Made by a program: the position numbers and the translations under genes. The notes below the pieces were generated by a model. It was given only the letters and a program-made list of their open reading frames with translations. It searched no databases and had not been told where the DNA came from. Positions 1-13,462 of a stretch of 64,000 nt of DNA are shown here, piece by piece. Position 1 is the stretch's first letter. Each line of letters starts with the position of its first letter. Source of the DNA: Microbotryum violaceum (taxonomy: Eukaryota); contig CDLV01000009.1 in assembly GCA_001244265.2 (NCBI GenBank), positions 1,860,001 through 1,924,000 of the forward strand. The letters are read 5' to 3'.

Positions 1-56
1 TCAGTCACGACACAGTCGTCCTGTCGACCTCTTTGGACCTCTCGCAATCTATCAAG

Positions 57-1153
57 ATGCAAGCCTGGCTGGCGTTGCTCTGTTTCCTCCTTCTCCGGTT
101 CGGGCTGGTCAAGCTTGGCGAAGTAGGCGCGACAACTTCTCCGACACTGCGCGACGGACGCGACGGACGCGACGGGGGCGGGGCGGCTGGTCTCCGCAGG
201 CGCTCAACGGTCGGGCAACACGTCTTCGTCGACTCGCTTTCTGTGGGACGAACAGGTATCGAAGTTCCCAGTATACTAACTTTGCTTGTCACTTCGTCTT
301 CTCCGAACGTGGAGGAAGATGAAGACGATGACGATCCCAACGGCATACCGGCGCATCACCTGTCGGCTGAGTCCAATCGGGCTCCGGCCCGTTCGTATTC
401 TACACCACGGAGTAGACCGACCGCTGCAACGGATTTACATGACAACCATTCCGTCTTTGAAACACTATGTACCTTTGTCACAACATTCTTAACATGTGGG
501 GATTACTTTTCCGTCGAGGAAGGACTTGACCATGCGGTGTTTTGTTCACCCGACGGCATTTGCGGTGGGAAAGGGGCCGCGTGTGGGGCCAATCAAGCCT
601 GTGCTCGAGGTGAGTTGGTTCCTGCTCACGCGCCTTCAACTGAAGAGAGTGCTTTCACTAAAAACATCACTCCATTCTTCCAGACCTTACCTGTGACTAC
701 CAAAAACACCGCTGCGTTGGTCTAACCCAGACAAGACTCTCGCGGACCCAAGCGAGGATTGAGGAGAGGAGAAAGTCAGCCGCGGCTTCGTGTCCCCCAG
801 GGAGCGAGATCTGTCCAAACGGTGCGGGAGGGTTTCAGTGCATTTACACTTCGAGTGAAACGACGGAGTGTGGGGCATGCCTCGCGATGGGAGGTCGGGA
901 TTGTCATACGATCCCACATGCACTGGCGACGAGTTGTAGGACTGGGGATTGCCTCGTTCGTGAGTGATGGACAGATTTCGATTTGATAAAACCTGAGCAG
1001 AGCTCAAGCCACCTCAAACCTTTTCTTGGTCTTGCAGATGCGTGCTTCGATGGATTCGAGCCTTCGGCGGATGGGGATCAATGTCACGAGGTGGATGGAG
1101 ACGGGAGAGACTCCGTGAAGATCTCTCGGGCGGATTCAAAGCGAATGAGCTAA
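57..1153 (+). CDS. Secreted PriA/CPL1-like cysteine-rich protein (multi-exon; 5' exons not fully resolved)
   Basis: Hydrophobic start MQAWLALLCFLLL. Splicing introns 610-683 and 960-1038 gives ...CSPDGICGGKGAACGANQACARDLTCDYQKHRC...SCPPGSEICPNGAGGFQCIYTSSETTECGACLAMGGRDCHTIPHALATSCRTGDCLVHACFDGFEPSADGDQC..., the CP-G-CP / C-G-x-C / DC-x-IP / C-x2-G-x-C pattern of basidiomycete PriA/CPL1-like domains; stop TAA 1151-1153. Confidence 0.75.
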
Positions 1154-2285
1154 GAATTCGGTATGGAGGATCATCTGAATTGTTGTATTGTTCATTCGGG
1201 GCTGTTGTAATGAATCATTTGCTTATCGTTAAAAGTTGGGAGTCTCGCCAGAACGAGAGCCAGCTGCGACTACGGAAAAGGAGGCCTTCATCAGCTCGCT
1301 TTGTCGATCCTTGGCTCCTACCTTCGAGGTTACCGCGGTTGCACACGGGTATCAATTCCAAGTCTCGTTGGCAAGTTGCCTTCAGGGTATTACTGTCGTT
1401 ACTACTGGACGTCCTGTCGGTCAAGCTCCAGAATCTCCCGTGTTTGTCGCGCAAAGCGAAGCTCAAGGCGAATCGCAGAGGAAGTAGCCTCATAAGAGGG
1501 GTCACTTGAAAGGTCCTCGCGATGCTCATGGAATCCATCGTCCTCCGAGTTCGGCTTGCCACACTCGTGGTGGCAAAGGTCATTGGTCCGGCAATTCGGA
1601 CTGATTTCTGCCCAATTCATTCGACTGGCCAAATGTCAAGAATGAGTCACTCCCCACTCGGGACTGCGCGCTGTCGCCTTTCCCGCGCAACTGGCACCGC
1701 GACCAGTCCGTCGGCGGGGATCGTGGCTCCGCGGCTCCGGCTCAGCCGTCAGAAAACTTCAACGAGCTTCGAGACTGCGCTAAGCCTCTTTAGTTCACCC
1801 GTTCGGGTCTAACCGCGAGTGTTGGGATGTATCCTCGGACAAAGTCCGTGTACGGTAAATGGAAGACGTGAGACGACGACTCAGTACGTGCAGTGAGGGC
1901 CGACCGTCGGCGCTGACTATCTCTCCCGGCGGTTGCGGTGCCGACTGCCATAACAAAGCGCACCTTGGTCTACCCTGTGTATACTCTTCTTTTTCAATAT
2001 CATGTGTAGCCCCTTGGGCCAGACCCAACGGCATGGCGATCTACTGCGCCACTGAGAGCCGCGTGACCGCGTCGCATGATCTGATGCGCGGTGACTTATT
2101 CGATCGTAGCCTTCAGGGGCCTTTTCCGTCTCCTGCCCACCACTCGGACTCGACCACTTAGGGACCAACTCAGGCGTCTCCTAGCCTATCGCCTAGCACT
2201 CGCACAGCCAGCGCTGATCTGAAGACGACATTCGGTTCGGGATCCTGCCCTTGATCTACACCGACCACTTGGATCGTAGCACGTC

Positions 2286-4906
2286 ATGTCGTCGACGGCG
2301 GCGGCGGGGATCATGACCCCGGTCACGGGCGCCAAGAAGAGGACTTGCTACTTCTTTGACTCGGGTCGGTCTCGTCCATCGGTTACGGATCTACATTACT
2401 CGTAGACTGACTCCTTTGTTGCTTTGTCCAGACATTGGAAACTATCGTTCGTTGCCGTCACCACTCCCCTCCTTGCTGTGCCGGTCACAGTAGCCCCGGC
2501 ATGAGCAAGCAGGCCCTATCCTCCCACACCAGGCTGATTTCCTTGTCACCCATCATCTGAACAGACTATGGTCCTTCACATCCGATGAAGCCGCATCGGT
2601 AAGCGGTCGACAAATCCACCCTGCGTGGCCTCATTCCTCCGGCTTGCGAAAGCGAGCTCCACCTCACCGACTGCCTGACTTGACCAATCGCCGTGCCCAC
2701 CCATGACAGTATTCGCATGACCCACTCGCTCGTCATGAACTATGGCCTGTACAAGAAGATGGAGATCTTCGTACGTTGGCCGTCCCAGCGCCGTCAAACA
2801 ATCAAGTGCTAATCAGCTTCCTCGCCTCTACACCACCACCACCACCACCACCCCCCATCTCCAACCCACCTCCACAGCGAGCCAAACCCGCCACACGGAA
2901 AGAGATGGCCCAATTCCACACGGACGAATACGTCGACTTTTTGTCGCGCGTCACACCCGATTTGATCGAACAAGCCGCCGAAGGGATGGGCGTCACCGGC
3001 GCGGGAACGGGAGCGGCGAGGGCGGGGGGGATAAGTCGTGAGATGGGAAAATGTGCGTCCTCCTACCCGAAATGATGGGGTTTGTTGACGTATGGGACTG
3101 ATACTGATGAGATGAGGTGGCCCTCTTTCTGGACCCCTATACAGTCAACGTCGGTGACGATTGTCCCGTTTTTGATGGCCTGTTCGAGTACTGCTCCATC
3201 TCGGCTGGTGGATCGATGGGTACGTCGTACGCCCTACTTCTGGGCATCGAAATGCCTACTGATGAACCGTGTGGATGAGCGTTGCAGAGGGAGCTGCTCG
3301 ACTGTCGAGGGACAAGTGCGACATCGCGATCAATTGGGCCGGAGGTCTGCATCACGCCAAAAAGGCCGAGGCATCGGGTTTCTGCTACATCAACGGTCAG
3401 TACAGTATTTTCAATACTGCCTTTCATATCAAACTAGCAGAACGGGGTGTCTAAGTTTCTGCTGGTAGAGAGGCGAGAACTGACCGCTCTTCGCCATTCC
3501 ATCGCAATCTGCATAGACATCGTCCTCGGTATCCTCGAACTCTTACGCTATCACCCCCGCGTCCTCTACGTCGACATTGACGTCCACCACGGGGATGGTG
3601 TCGAGGAAGCCTTCTACACGACCGACCGGGTCATGACGTGCTCGTTTCACAAGTACGGCGAGTTCTTCCCCGGTACGGGCGATATCAAGGATATTGGCTA
3701 TGGTAAAGGTCGTAATTACTCCGTTAATTTTCCCTTGAGGGATGGTATCACCGATGAGGCATATAAGAGTGTATTTGAGCCGGTGAGTCGACCTACTGCC
3801 TCCTTACTAGACTCGAGTCTGCTAACGATATGTTTTTGCATGAGCGGCGCGAGCTGACGCCTTGGTCCTTGCCACTTGGGCTTCTTTCTCTCCTTTCTCT
3901 GTCCGCTCAGGTCATCTCCCAAATCATGGAATGGTACCGCCCCTCCGCCGTGGTGCTCCAATGCGGAGGCGACTCCTTGTCCGGCGACAAGATTGGAACT
4001 TTGAACCTCTCGATGAGAGGTCATGCGAACTGCGTCCAATACATCAAGTCCTTTGGTCTGCCTTTATTGTTGCTGGGTGGAGGTGGGTATACTATTCGTA
4101 ACGTGTCGAGGACGTGGGCTTTTGAGACGGGTTTGGCCGCGGGCCAGGAATTGGGTGGGAGTGAGTTCTCGATCTTGAAAGGGGTGTGTGCGGCTCGAAA
4201 AGGGGAACGGTAAACTGACCTTTTGAGGTTTTAGATATCCCGATGAATGAATACTACGAATACTACGGCCCGACGTATCAACTTGACGTACCGCAGTGCA
4301 ACATGGACGACCTCAACACGCGTGAGTACCTCGAGAAGATCAAGACGCAAGTATTTGAGACGCTGCGTCATACGGGAGCGGCACCGAGTGTGCAGTTGCA
4401 ACGTAAGTCTCAATCTTTTGTTTTCTCCACTTCATTCTCACCCGGGGACTGATACAAGTTCATCTGGTACCGCCTTAGCCATCCCGCGCACAGCAATGGA
4501 CCTCGACTCGGACGACGAAGAAGAAGACACGCGCGACCTGAACCAACGTCGTTCGCAGCACTCTCGAGACGCACAAATCCAACGCGATGACGAGTTTTCG
4601 GATTCGGAAGATGAGGGCGAGGGAGGAAGGAGGGATAGACAGAGTTGGCAGAGTTTAGGGACCGATGTGAAGGGGAATGGATCGGTTGCTGCGGGGAGTG
4701 CGAACGGTGCGAAGATGATGGGTGGTACACCTAGTATCGAGGCGTTAACCACGCCCGGCCAGGCGGAGGCGGAGGACGTCGAGGTAGCCAAAGGTGGCCC
4801 AGGGGAGGAGGAGAACTTGACGGTCAGTGCGGCGAGGAGGACGACGGTTGCGGGCGAGGGCGAGGATGATGGACAAGGTGGGGATGGAGATGTTAGTATG
4901 AGTTAA
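2286..4906 (+). CDS. RPD3: Class I histone deacetylase (Rpd3/HDAC1-like), many short introns
   Basis: Motifs across exons: [114 protein letters not shown], acidic tail [15 protein letters not shown]. Confidence 0.97.
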
Positions 4907-4978
4907 ATGAGGGAAAGAGAGGGGATCTGCGAATGTTTGTGTTTTTTGTGTGTAATGACAAGAGTGTATTTCCGAATC

Positions 4979-4991
4979 GCGATGAAAATTT
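4979..4991 (+). promoter_or_regulatory. Possible composite PAC/RRPE-like element upstream of UTP5
   Basis: GCGATGAAAATTT about 240 bp upstream of the ATG of a ribosome-biogenesis gene; overlaps the yeast PAC (GCGATGAG) and RRPE (TGAAAAWTTT) consensus. Short motif, may be chance. Confidence 0.25.
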
Positions 4992-5226
4992 GGCCGCTTG
5001 CAGCGTCACGTCAACGGAGCCGAAAGTGGGGAGAGCTGTAAGGAGGTCCGAGCGGCACGGACGATTTAACTTCGCAAAGGCCTTTTGCGCGCGCGCGACT
5101 GCAGCTCCGCACTGCTCCGCAAGGCTTCTTCGCAGCGGTCGATCACCTTCGTCGCTCAGCACTCCGTTTCGACGCGCTCCTTCTACCTCCCATCAGCACA
5201 GCACCTCACGTACACCACCAGCTACG

Positions 5227-7893
5227 ATGGGTAAAAAGGATCGACCTACAGCTCGACGCACGACGGCGATCACGCCTCGTTCGACCTCGGCGTCGGACGT
5301 GTTGACCCGCTTCTCACCCTCACCCTCACCTTCTTCCTCCTCACCCGCATCGTCGTCGTCTTCAACCTACTACTACGCGCACCTGCACCGGGCACCCGAT
5401 ACCCACACTTTGAGGGTCTACGACACCTCGTCCGGGAAGTGCATCAGTCGATGGGCGAGCGATGTGCATTCGCTCGGTCGAGCGGGCGAGGAAGGAGCGG
5501 AGGAAGGGGAAACGGAAGAACAACAGGCTCGGCACAAGGTCCATGCGATCGAATGGGCGTGGGTACCTAGTGCCAAGTTGGAAATGGAGAAGATTGTCGA
5601 AGGTGCGGAGGAGGATGGTCAGGGGGATAAAAAGAGGGGCAAGAAGAGGAGAAAATCAGATTCCCAAATCGAGACTCTGGTCGCTCCAGCTCCAGCTCCA
5701 GTAGCTGCTGTGGACACTCCGGGGCCCAAATTGGTGTTGGTGTTGGGTCAGGAATCGGGTGAGATTCTCGTTTGGTCGCCGAATGGGACGGAGGAATGGA
5801 TTTTGTCCCATCCTAGCGTCAATAGTCCCGTCACCGCTCTGGCTAGCCCGGCAACCTCGACGGGTCATCTTTGGTCGACGCATCAAGATGGGATCGCACG
5901 CGTATGGGATCTTACCACCCGATCCTTGATCGCTCGAACGACCGTCTTGGGCGATCAAGTGACGGCATGGGACGACCTCGCCGTTCGGTACGCGAGTCCA
6001 TCATCGGAAGAAAACAAGATACCCATCCACCTCGTCCTCTCCAAGGCCTCGCTTCACATCTACTCCCTGTCACTGGGTACCAAAGCGCCGAAAAAAGACA
6101 GGGTCAAGGAACTCAAATCGACTCTTGTCGGAAGATGTACGGGCCACGTTGACGTCGCGCGGGTCGAGTGGGTCCAGTACAAGGTCGATGAGTCTGCGAT
6201 GGAGGAAGATTCTGCGGTTGAGAAGGACGACCTCGCCTTTTTCACGTATTCCAAAACGGATCGGTTTGTTCAACTTTGGTCGTTCAGCCTTTCGAGCGCC
6301 TCAAAGGACGCTCAACTGGTCGCTCGTTTGGGTCTTGATTGGGGCGTGCAAGCAATCGCTTCGAACGTGGCTCATCTCGTCGCTATTGATGCAGAGGGGA
6401 AGGGTTACCTCACTTCCCTTCCTTCAACTACGGGCTCGAGTAAGAAGGTCCAAGCACTAAAGGTCGAGACGGAAATACAAGGTGCGACGCTCGCGAATGC
6501 GGCTTTGCGATCGGACAAGCTGGTGCTCTGTAGAGATGGGGTCAAGCCCGTTTTCGAACAGGTCGAATATCTGAGCGAGGTGGGGTCGCTGGTGGAGAAG
6601 ATTGCGTTGGAGAAGAATGCGGCGGGTTTGTTCGCGAATGGGCAGGAGGAGAATGTGGGGACTGCAAGTTGAATTCTCTCTTTTTTTGTGCCCTTGGACT
6701 GGAGCACTTACTCTCCTCGTTGTCGCTTCCTCCGCGCAGGCCCCACCCTCTCGTTACGTCGAACATCCCTCGAGCAACTCTCGGTCCGCTGAACCGAACC
6801 TCGCTACAGAAGGTGGTGACGACGATGACGATCTCGCCCATTCGGGTCAACTGGACGTCGATCTGGCCGAACCAACCCTTGCCGATCGGTTGCAAGCGAT
6901 GAACGTTTCCAAGGCGCAGCAGAGCAAGGATGCTTTGGCGATTCGGGAGGACGATGAAGAGCTTTCTTCTGGCGAGGACGAGCGCCTTTCTTCGGATGAA
7001 GATGAGGATGAAGAGGATCTTTCGAATCGTCTCGCCGCGCCGGCGACGACACTCACAACGACCCTGATCCAAGCTCTTCACTCCTCCGACGCCCCTCTAC
7101 TCGAATCTTGTCTTTTGCACGATTCACCCAGCCTCATCCGATCGACGGTCCAAAAACTTCCTTCGGGAAGCTTGGTCCTGAACCTCCTCGAAGCGTTGGT
7201 TCAGAGGTTGGGTACGGGCAAGGGGGGTAAAGTGGGTGGTACGGCGAGCGTGCAAAGGTCTAGGGGTTTGATCGAGTGGGTCAAGCAAGTTTTGGTGGTA
7301 CACGTTGGGTTTTTGGTCACGGTCAGTCTAGGACCCTATACGGAGCTTAGCTTTCCTTTTGGTCCGAATTGGAGAACTAATCCCTTGACCCCTTTGAATT
7401 GTCCCAGATCCCCTCCCTCGTTACACGGCTCTCGGCCCTACACGCCAGTCTGACGAATCGACTGTCGATCCAACCTACCTTATTCGCGTTGAATGGTCGT
7501 CTAGATCTCGTCTTGGCGCAGATTCAAAGTCGACAAGGGGCGATCAAACGACGGGTTGCTGCGAAGGGAGGGAAGGTGGCTGCGCAGGGTACGAGGTATG
7601 TCGAGGGGGAGAGTAGTGAGGATAGTGAGGAAGGGGAGGGAAGTGAGGATAGTGAGGATGAAGGCAGCGTGGAGGATGTGATGCTCGGTGGGGATGAGGA
7701 GGAGGAGGACGAAGACAGTGAGGAAGGGAGTGAGGAGGAAGATGAGGAGCTTGGCAGTGCGGAGGAAGGGAGTGCGGGAGGGAAGGAAGGGATGGAGGGT
7801 TTGTTGGGTTTGGAAGCTAGTGAGGACGATGAGGAAGATGACGATGATGAAGAGGAGGACGACGAGGAGGACGACGAGGACGAGTCGGATTAA
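5227..7893 (+). CDS. UTP5: U3 snoRNP/UTP-A subunit Utp5 (WDR43-like): WD40 N-terminus, Utp12/Dip2 domain, acidic tail
   Basis: WD-like repeats (LRVYDT, EILVWSP, ARVWDL), then LIQALHSSDAPLLESCL...IRSTVQKLP...LIEWVKQVLVVH...LNGRLDLVL (Utp12 domain) and a D/E-rich C-terminus; introns 6664-6739 (GC-AG) and ~7322-7407. Confidence 0.85.
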
Positions 7894-8808
7894 AGATTCG
7901 GGGCCTCTTGTGGATCGGAGCCGCCCATAACGGATTGGAGCGGCCCATAGTTCATTTCGGCTTTGCAATTTCATATACTCGAAGATTTCTATACTCTGGG
8001 GGCGAGTTAGAAGACTAATTAACGCCGAGAGTGAACACCGTTGTGCAGCTCCCGCATCAACCGCGACTTATGCACCAGCTCTACACACTGGTGCTCTTAC
8101 ATTGGTGCTCTTAGCACACTCGGACGATGTGGGAGTAGTGTACTCGTTCCGAACACTCAGTGCTCTCACGATTACCACACCGAGAGTATTAGGTGATTGG
8201 AGAGCTGGGATCTGCCAGAGAGCTAGAGAGGGCTCGGGACTTTGCTGGGCGATGTCAAAAAAGGACTGCCCGCGCGCGCGGCAATTTTCTGCGCATCAGC
8301 TTCGAGTCCGAAAAGGTGCAGTTTCAATCCCATCAGGGGATGGAGCCCAGACATAGAGAAAAACTGAACGACCGAGATGATATCTTTTGTTGAACTAATA
8401 ACGAATTGAATTGAATTTTACTATTAGTACCAAACAACAATTTAAACGCTTTAAATAAATTGGTATGTCCTTCAGATCTCTGTTTAATCTGAAGGCCCCA
8501 GGGGCAGTAATATCCCCACGAGTTTTAAGCACAAAGCTACCTTCTTTTCCCATCTTTGATGGGAACAAATAGTAAAGCCTACCAATCAGCAGCTCGGGGA
8601 ACCCGAGCAGGTGAAGAAAGGTAATGCTAAATAATCTTCACTGCTTATTGGCACTGCTTCTGGTAATCCGTGATTCGGGCTTCGCGCACTCGCGCTCGTG
8701 TGCGCACCCGCCCTTGCCGACCTCATCTCTCCCACCTTGCACCATCATCATCATCACCAGCTCTCGAGCCTTGCTCTCATCGTCTCTTTCGTACTTTCCA
8801 AGCAAATC

Positions 8809-11800
8809 ATGTCGCACGCATTCGGACCTGGTCAGTTCGAGGTAAGGGTGTGCCAAGCGGGCTGTAGCTGATGCCTCTTGTCTGCCTCTGTTCTGCTACT
8901 GCCTCTGCGCGCCTGTGGTTCTTGCCGTTCCCCCCTTTTTCGCGTCGCTGCGACGGCCGACGACGACGACGACCGCTGCTCACCTCACCGTCACCGTCGG
9001 ACCCAACCGCTCGCCGAGGTCGCCCAGGCAACGCATTCGGTGCCTTTGCACCCACTTCTATCACTCGACCTCGTCCACCTCGTCGAGTCAATTCCAACGG
9101 TAGTAACAAAGACGATACCACCTCGAGTGAGCCCACCGCCGCCGCTGCACCACCACCACCCGCCGCCGTCGCTCGATCCTTCTCCTCCATCCTCAGTCCT
9201 ACCACCGCTCCCATCTCCCATGCCAAGCGTCTTGCACAAGAACACGAGCGAAACGCTCTGAAGAAACCGTTCGTTTATTCGAGGGACTTTATCCTCAGTC
9301 TTTATGACGAGGACAAGGCCCGACGAAGGCCGATCGATCTATCCCCTCACGCGTTGGCAACGAGCGAAAATCCGACACGAGAGGCGCCTTGGGCTCTGTG
9401 CGAGTTTAGGAACGGGGAAAAAGAGGTAAGTGTGGATGTTTTTTGCTTGGCCTTGTTGAGATGACTAGGATCTGGACGGGGCAGGGAGGGGGGAACAATC
9501 GTTTCGGTTAGGCTCTTTTTCTTCCTCGAGCTTGTGCGGGGACAAAGCATTCGCAGATGTGATTGCAGCATTTTGAGGTCAAAAATCATGATACAAAAGC
9601 TTAACCAACACTGACCGTTTCGGTCCCGCATTTGCAGTTATTTGCGACTTCGATTCACCCGGCCAACACGCGAGTCCGACTTTCGCACCAGCTCCGTGGC
9701 ACCGATTCCCCCGCCGCTGCAGCCGGCAGTCCCTCCAACACGCTCGACCTAGCCTCGTTGGGCACCTTGCCCCGTGATCGGGATCGTAACGCCCAGTCGA
9801 CGCCCTCGCGTTCGTCCGGTGTTGCCTTCGGTTCAGGCACCTCCCCTTCTGCCTCGTCCGGCGCAGCGCAGGACAAAGGCCTTGTTGGAGCGCTCGGGAG
9901 CTCGACCAGGCGCGTCAGGGGTACCGAGAGAACCACGAACCCTTCTCTTGGGATCACGGGTGGCGTTTTAGGTCGTTTAGGTGGTCCGACCAATAACGGA
10001 TCGACGTCGAAGACTACGAGTAGTGAAGGAACGGGCGCAAAGGAGGTTTGGCAAGCCTCGGGCAGGTGGAGGAGGGCTGGTGAGAGTGAGGGAGAGGGTG
10101 ACAAGGTCAGTGCTGGCGTGGGAAACAAACACGTGGTAAGACATGGAAATTGCAACTGATTCGGTCGGAGTGCTCGACCACCCGCAGCCTCTTGGCTTCG
10201 GACCTCGACGACACCCTGCCGCCGAACCTTCTTCCGAGCCCAGCGCCGATATTCGATCCTCCGAAACCGACGCCCTGTCCGACGCCGTTCCAGCGACCTG
10301 GGATGAGGACGAGCCGAGCTCTGAGCCGAACGACGCACCGGCATTCGAGTCACAGTCGAGCGAGTCGGTCGGACCAGTCTCATCGTCGTCGGCCTCGCAA
10401 GTGACGGAGGCAGATCTGGCCCAGCACGCGACGAGCATCTTGGGCTCATTGGCTCTCGATTCGGACCCGATCGACGACCCTTTCCAATCCTCTACCTCGG
10501 CGAAGAACCACGCGAGCTCGGCTGCGAACGGCTTCGACGCGATAGCTCCGACCCAGACCCCGTCGAACCCGCCTGGATTCGCGCCGATCCAACCCAATGG
10601 CGGCCAAGACCTGTCGTGGCTGTACCGCGATCCGAATGGCCAGATCCAAGGCCCGTTCACACCTTCGATGATGGTCGATTGGAACAAACAAGGTTTCTTC
10701 AGCTCGGACCTGCGCGTCAAGCGTGTCGGCGAACTGGACTTTGAGACGATCGAGAGCGTCGTGCGCCGCTCAGGCGACCGCGAGACTTTCTTCCTCACCG
10801 CGCAGTTGCAACCTATCACCGCGCTGCCGCCTCCGCTCTCGCATGCCGTCAATGGAGGTGCATGGCCTCTCGGCCAAGCCTCGCCTGGTCTCGGTTCGCA
10901 ACGCGCCTTCGGAGCTGCCTCGCCGTTCTACGAGCCGTTCGGTGTGCCCGCCGCGGCTTCACCCTCGCTCGCGCACCAGTCGTCAGCGTTCGGTCTCGCG
11001 AGTCGTTCGACGGCGCAAACCCTGGACCCGTGGGCTTCCTCGAGTCCGAGTGTCGTCTCGGCTGCTCTCGCCGCTGCAAATCAAGCCAGTTCTGCGGCGT
11101 CGTCCTGGGACTTTGGGAACAATGGTGTCGCTTCGCCCGGTGTGAACGGTTTTGGTCATCAATTGCAGAACCACAACCAGTTCAGCGTATTTGGCCAACC
11201 GCAACAGCAGCAACAACAACAGCCGCAAGGGATGCACCATCAGTCGTCGGTCTTTGGCCAGTCTCAGCCAGGATGGAACGGTCTGAACGGTGCGACGGCG
11301 AACGCTCCGCTCGCTCAACCCTTGTGGACGTCGCTATTGCCTCAACGCTCGTTGGAGCTCGATACGCGTTCACCTGTGCGTTCACCCATGGCATCCGCCG
11401 CTCCGTCCCCGATCGGTCCACCCCCCGCCGTGCCGAGCCAGCCTCAGTTCCTCGCGGAGCCCGCCACGCCTTCGTCTGCTCCTGCTGCCACCCCCGTTGC
11501 GCCCTCCTCTGTCATCGAAGCTGCCCCTGCTACCGCGGCTACACCGGTCCCTGCTCCGGCTCCCGTCTCGCACTGGGCTTCGATCCCTCAGCCCTCTGCG
11601 GAGAAGATCGAACTCAGTTCCAAGACTTCGGCGACGGACAAGATCTTGCGAGAGGCTCAAGAGGCCGCCGCGAGACCTAAAGCTCCCGCCCCTGCTCCCA
11701 TCGCACAAGAGGAACAGGCTGCCCTTGCCGCCGCCACTCCTAATCCTGCGCCTTCAGCGGCTGTGACGCCTTCCAAACCGGTTTCGGCGACAACCGCTCC

Positions 11801-12848
11801 TTGGGTCAAGGAAGAGACGACGAGCTCGAGTGGTCCGTCGTTGCGCGAGATTCAAGAGATCGAAGCTCGAGCCGCGGAGAAACGCAAGCATGCCGCTCGT
11901 ATCCAAGCTGCCCAAGCCAACATTCAAGCCGCGCAGCGTGCGGCCGCTCTCGAAGCCGCGGAGCAGTTGCCTGCGTCGACGAATTGGGGTACTTCGGCGA
12001 CGAGTGCCTCGGCGAGTGCTACAACTACCACGACAGCTTCTTCGCCTTGGTCAAAGGCTAAAGCGACGAGCAGTTCGGGCAAGACGCTCAAGGAGATTCA
12101 AGAGGAGGAAGAGAGGCGCAAGAAGGCGGCATTGCAAGCTCAACAAAGTGCGGGGGCGACTTCACCTGCCGTCGCGGCTTCGCGTGCGCCTGGGCGTGGA
12201 TATGCTGCGGTGTCGGCGTCGACGGGGGCAAGTAAAGCTCCTGCTCCTTGGACGACAATTGCGGTCAAGGCGTCGCCTCAAGCTCAGGTCCCGGCTACAA
12301 AGACGGTGATCCCTGGCCTGCCGTTGTCGGCTGTCAAGAACCCCATCAAGGGTGTCACGATCATCCCTCCAACGCTTACTAAGTCTTCATCCATGTCCAA
12401 GACCCTCTCCGGAACGGTCACCACCCCTGCGCGAGCCTCGGTAGCACGCACCACGACCCCCGTGTACTCCATCGACCACCCCCCACCCCCTTCCGCTGAA
12501 TTCCTCACCTGGGCCCGCTCCGCGCTCAAAGGCCTCGTGGTCCCCTCTTTGGACGAATTCATTGCCATGCTCCTCTCCTTCCCTCTCGAGATCTCCGAAG
12601 ACGTCTTGGAGATCATTTCCGATAGCGTATATGCGAATTCATCGACTTTGGATGGGAGGAGGTTCGCGAATGAGTTTACAGCGAGGAGGCAGACGGATAC
12701 GACGAGTAGATACCCTGGGTTAAGTTTTAGTAGTCGAGGGACGAACTCGGCGTCGACGGGTGCAAGTGGTGGTAAGGAGGCGCAACAGGGTAGCAAGGAG
12801 TGGAGCGTCAAGGTTGCGGGGGGGAAGAAGAAGGTCGGGAGCAAGTAG
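8809..12848 (+). CDS. GYF-domain protein (GIGYF/Smy2-like translational repressor)
   Basis: GYF domain WLYRDPNGQIQGPFTPSMMVDWNKQGFFSSDLRVKR; N-terminal MSHAFGP and FVYSRDFILSLY (4E/4EHP-binding-like); SLREIQE/TLKEIQEEE repeats; C-terminal DGRRFANEFTARR. Confidence 0.88.
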
Positions 12849-13462
12849 ACGTTTCCTTCCCTGCTTTTCTTTTTCTTTTTCTTTCTTCGTCGTGCATGGC
12901 TCGCAATGCGTGTTTCGTTTCTCACTCTCTTCGAAAGGTTCCGGGCTTTCCCTTGGATGAACGAGGACACGAGAGAGCGCCGAGAGCGAAGATTCGTTAG
13001 GCATCCATAGATTCTCGGAAGTGCATGATCACGCGAAAACGAGCTGAAACTCTTTACATGACACGCCTTGGCAAGCGAGCGAGCATAGCTCATCTCTATC
13101 GTGCCTCTGGGCATCTCTCTTCCGTTGCACGAGATTTGCTGACAAATCCTATGCATAGCCTCGAGCGAGGGAGGGTGGGTTCCTCGGCTAAACTTCCTCT
13201 CACCGCTCACAAAGACGACTTTAACCGCCTGAGATGGAAGGAAAGTTTAACCAAACCACCTGCGAGATCCGAAGAAAGTTTAACCACGCGGCTAATCTGA
13301 TGTTCGGGAGGATAGGAGCGCATCCTGCGGGAGGTTAATGGAAGTGGATAGAATGGAATCGGCAGCAGGCTCGGATGAGTAGAACGATATAAAACCACAC
13401 CCATCCCGTTCCTCTCTTTCCTTTATTCACACCACTTCTTCCTTCGATTTGCCCAGTTCAAC

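Noticed and set aside
1215-2168. Several overlapping ORFs between the CPL1-like gene and RPD3
   Set aside because: No recognisable domain and no consistent splice model.
9550-9615. Possible snoRNA in the long GYF-gene intron
   Set aside because: C box is degenerate and the CTGA doubles as the branch point CTGAC.
9655-13210. Long antisense/alternative-frame ORFs over the GYF gene (similar ones over UTP5, GH36, eIF3f)
   Set aside because: Shadow ORFs expected from GC-rich codon usage.
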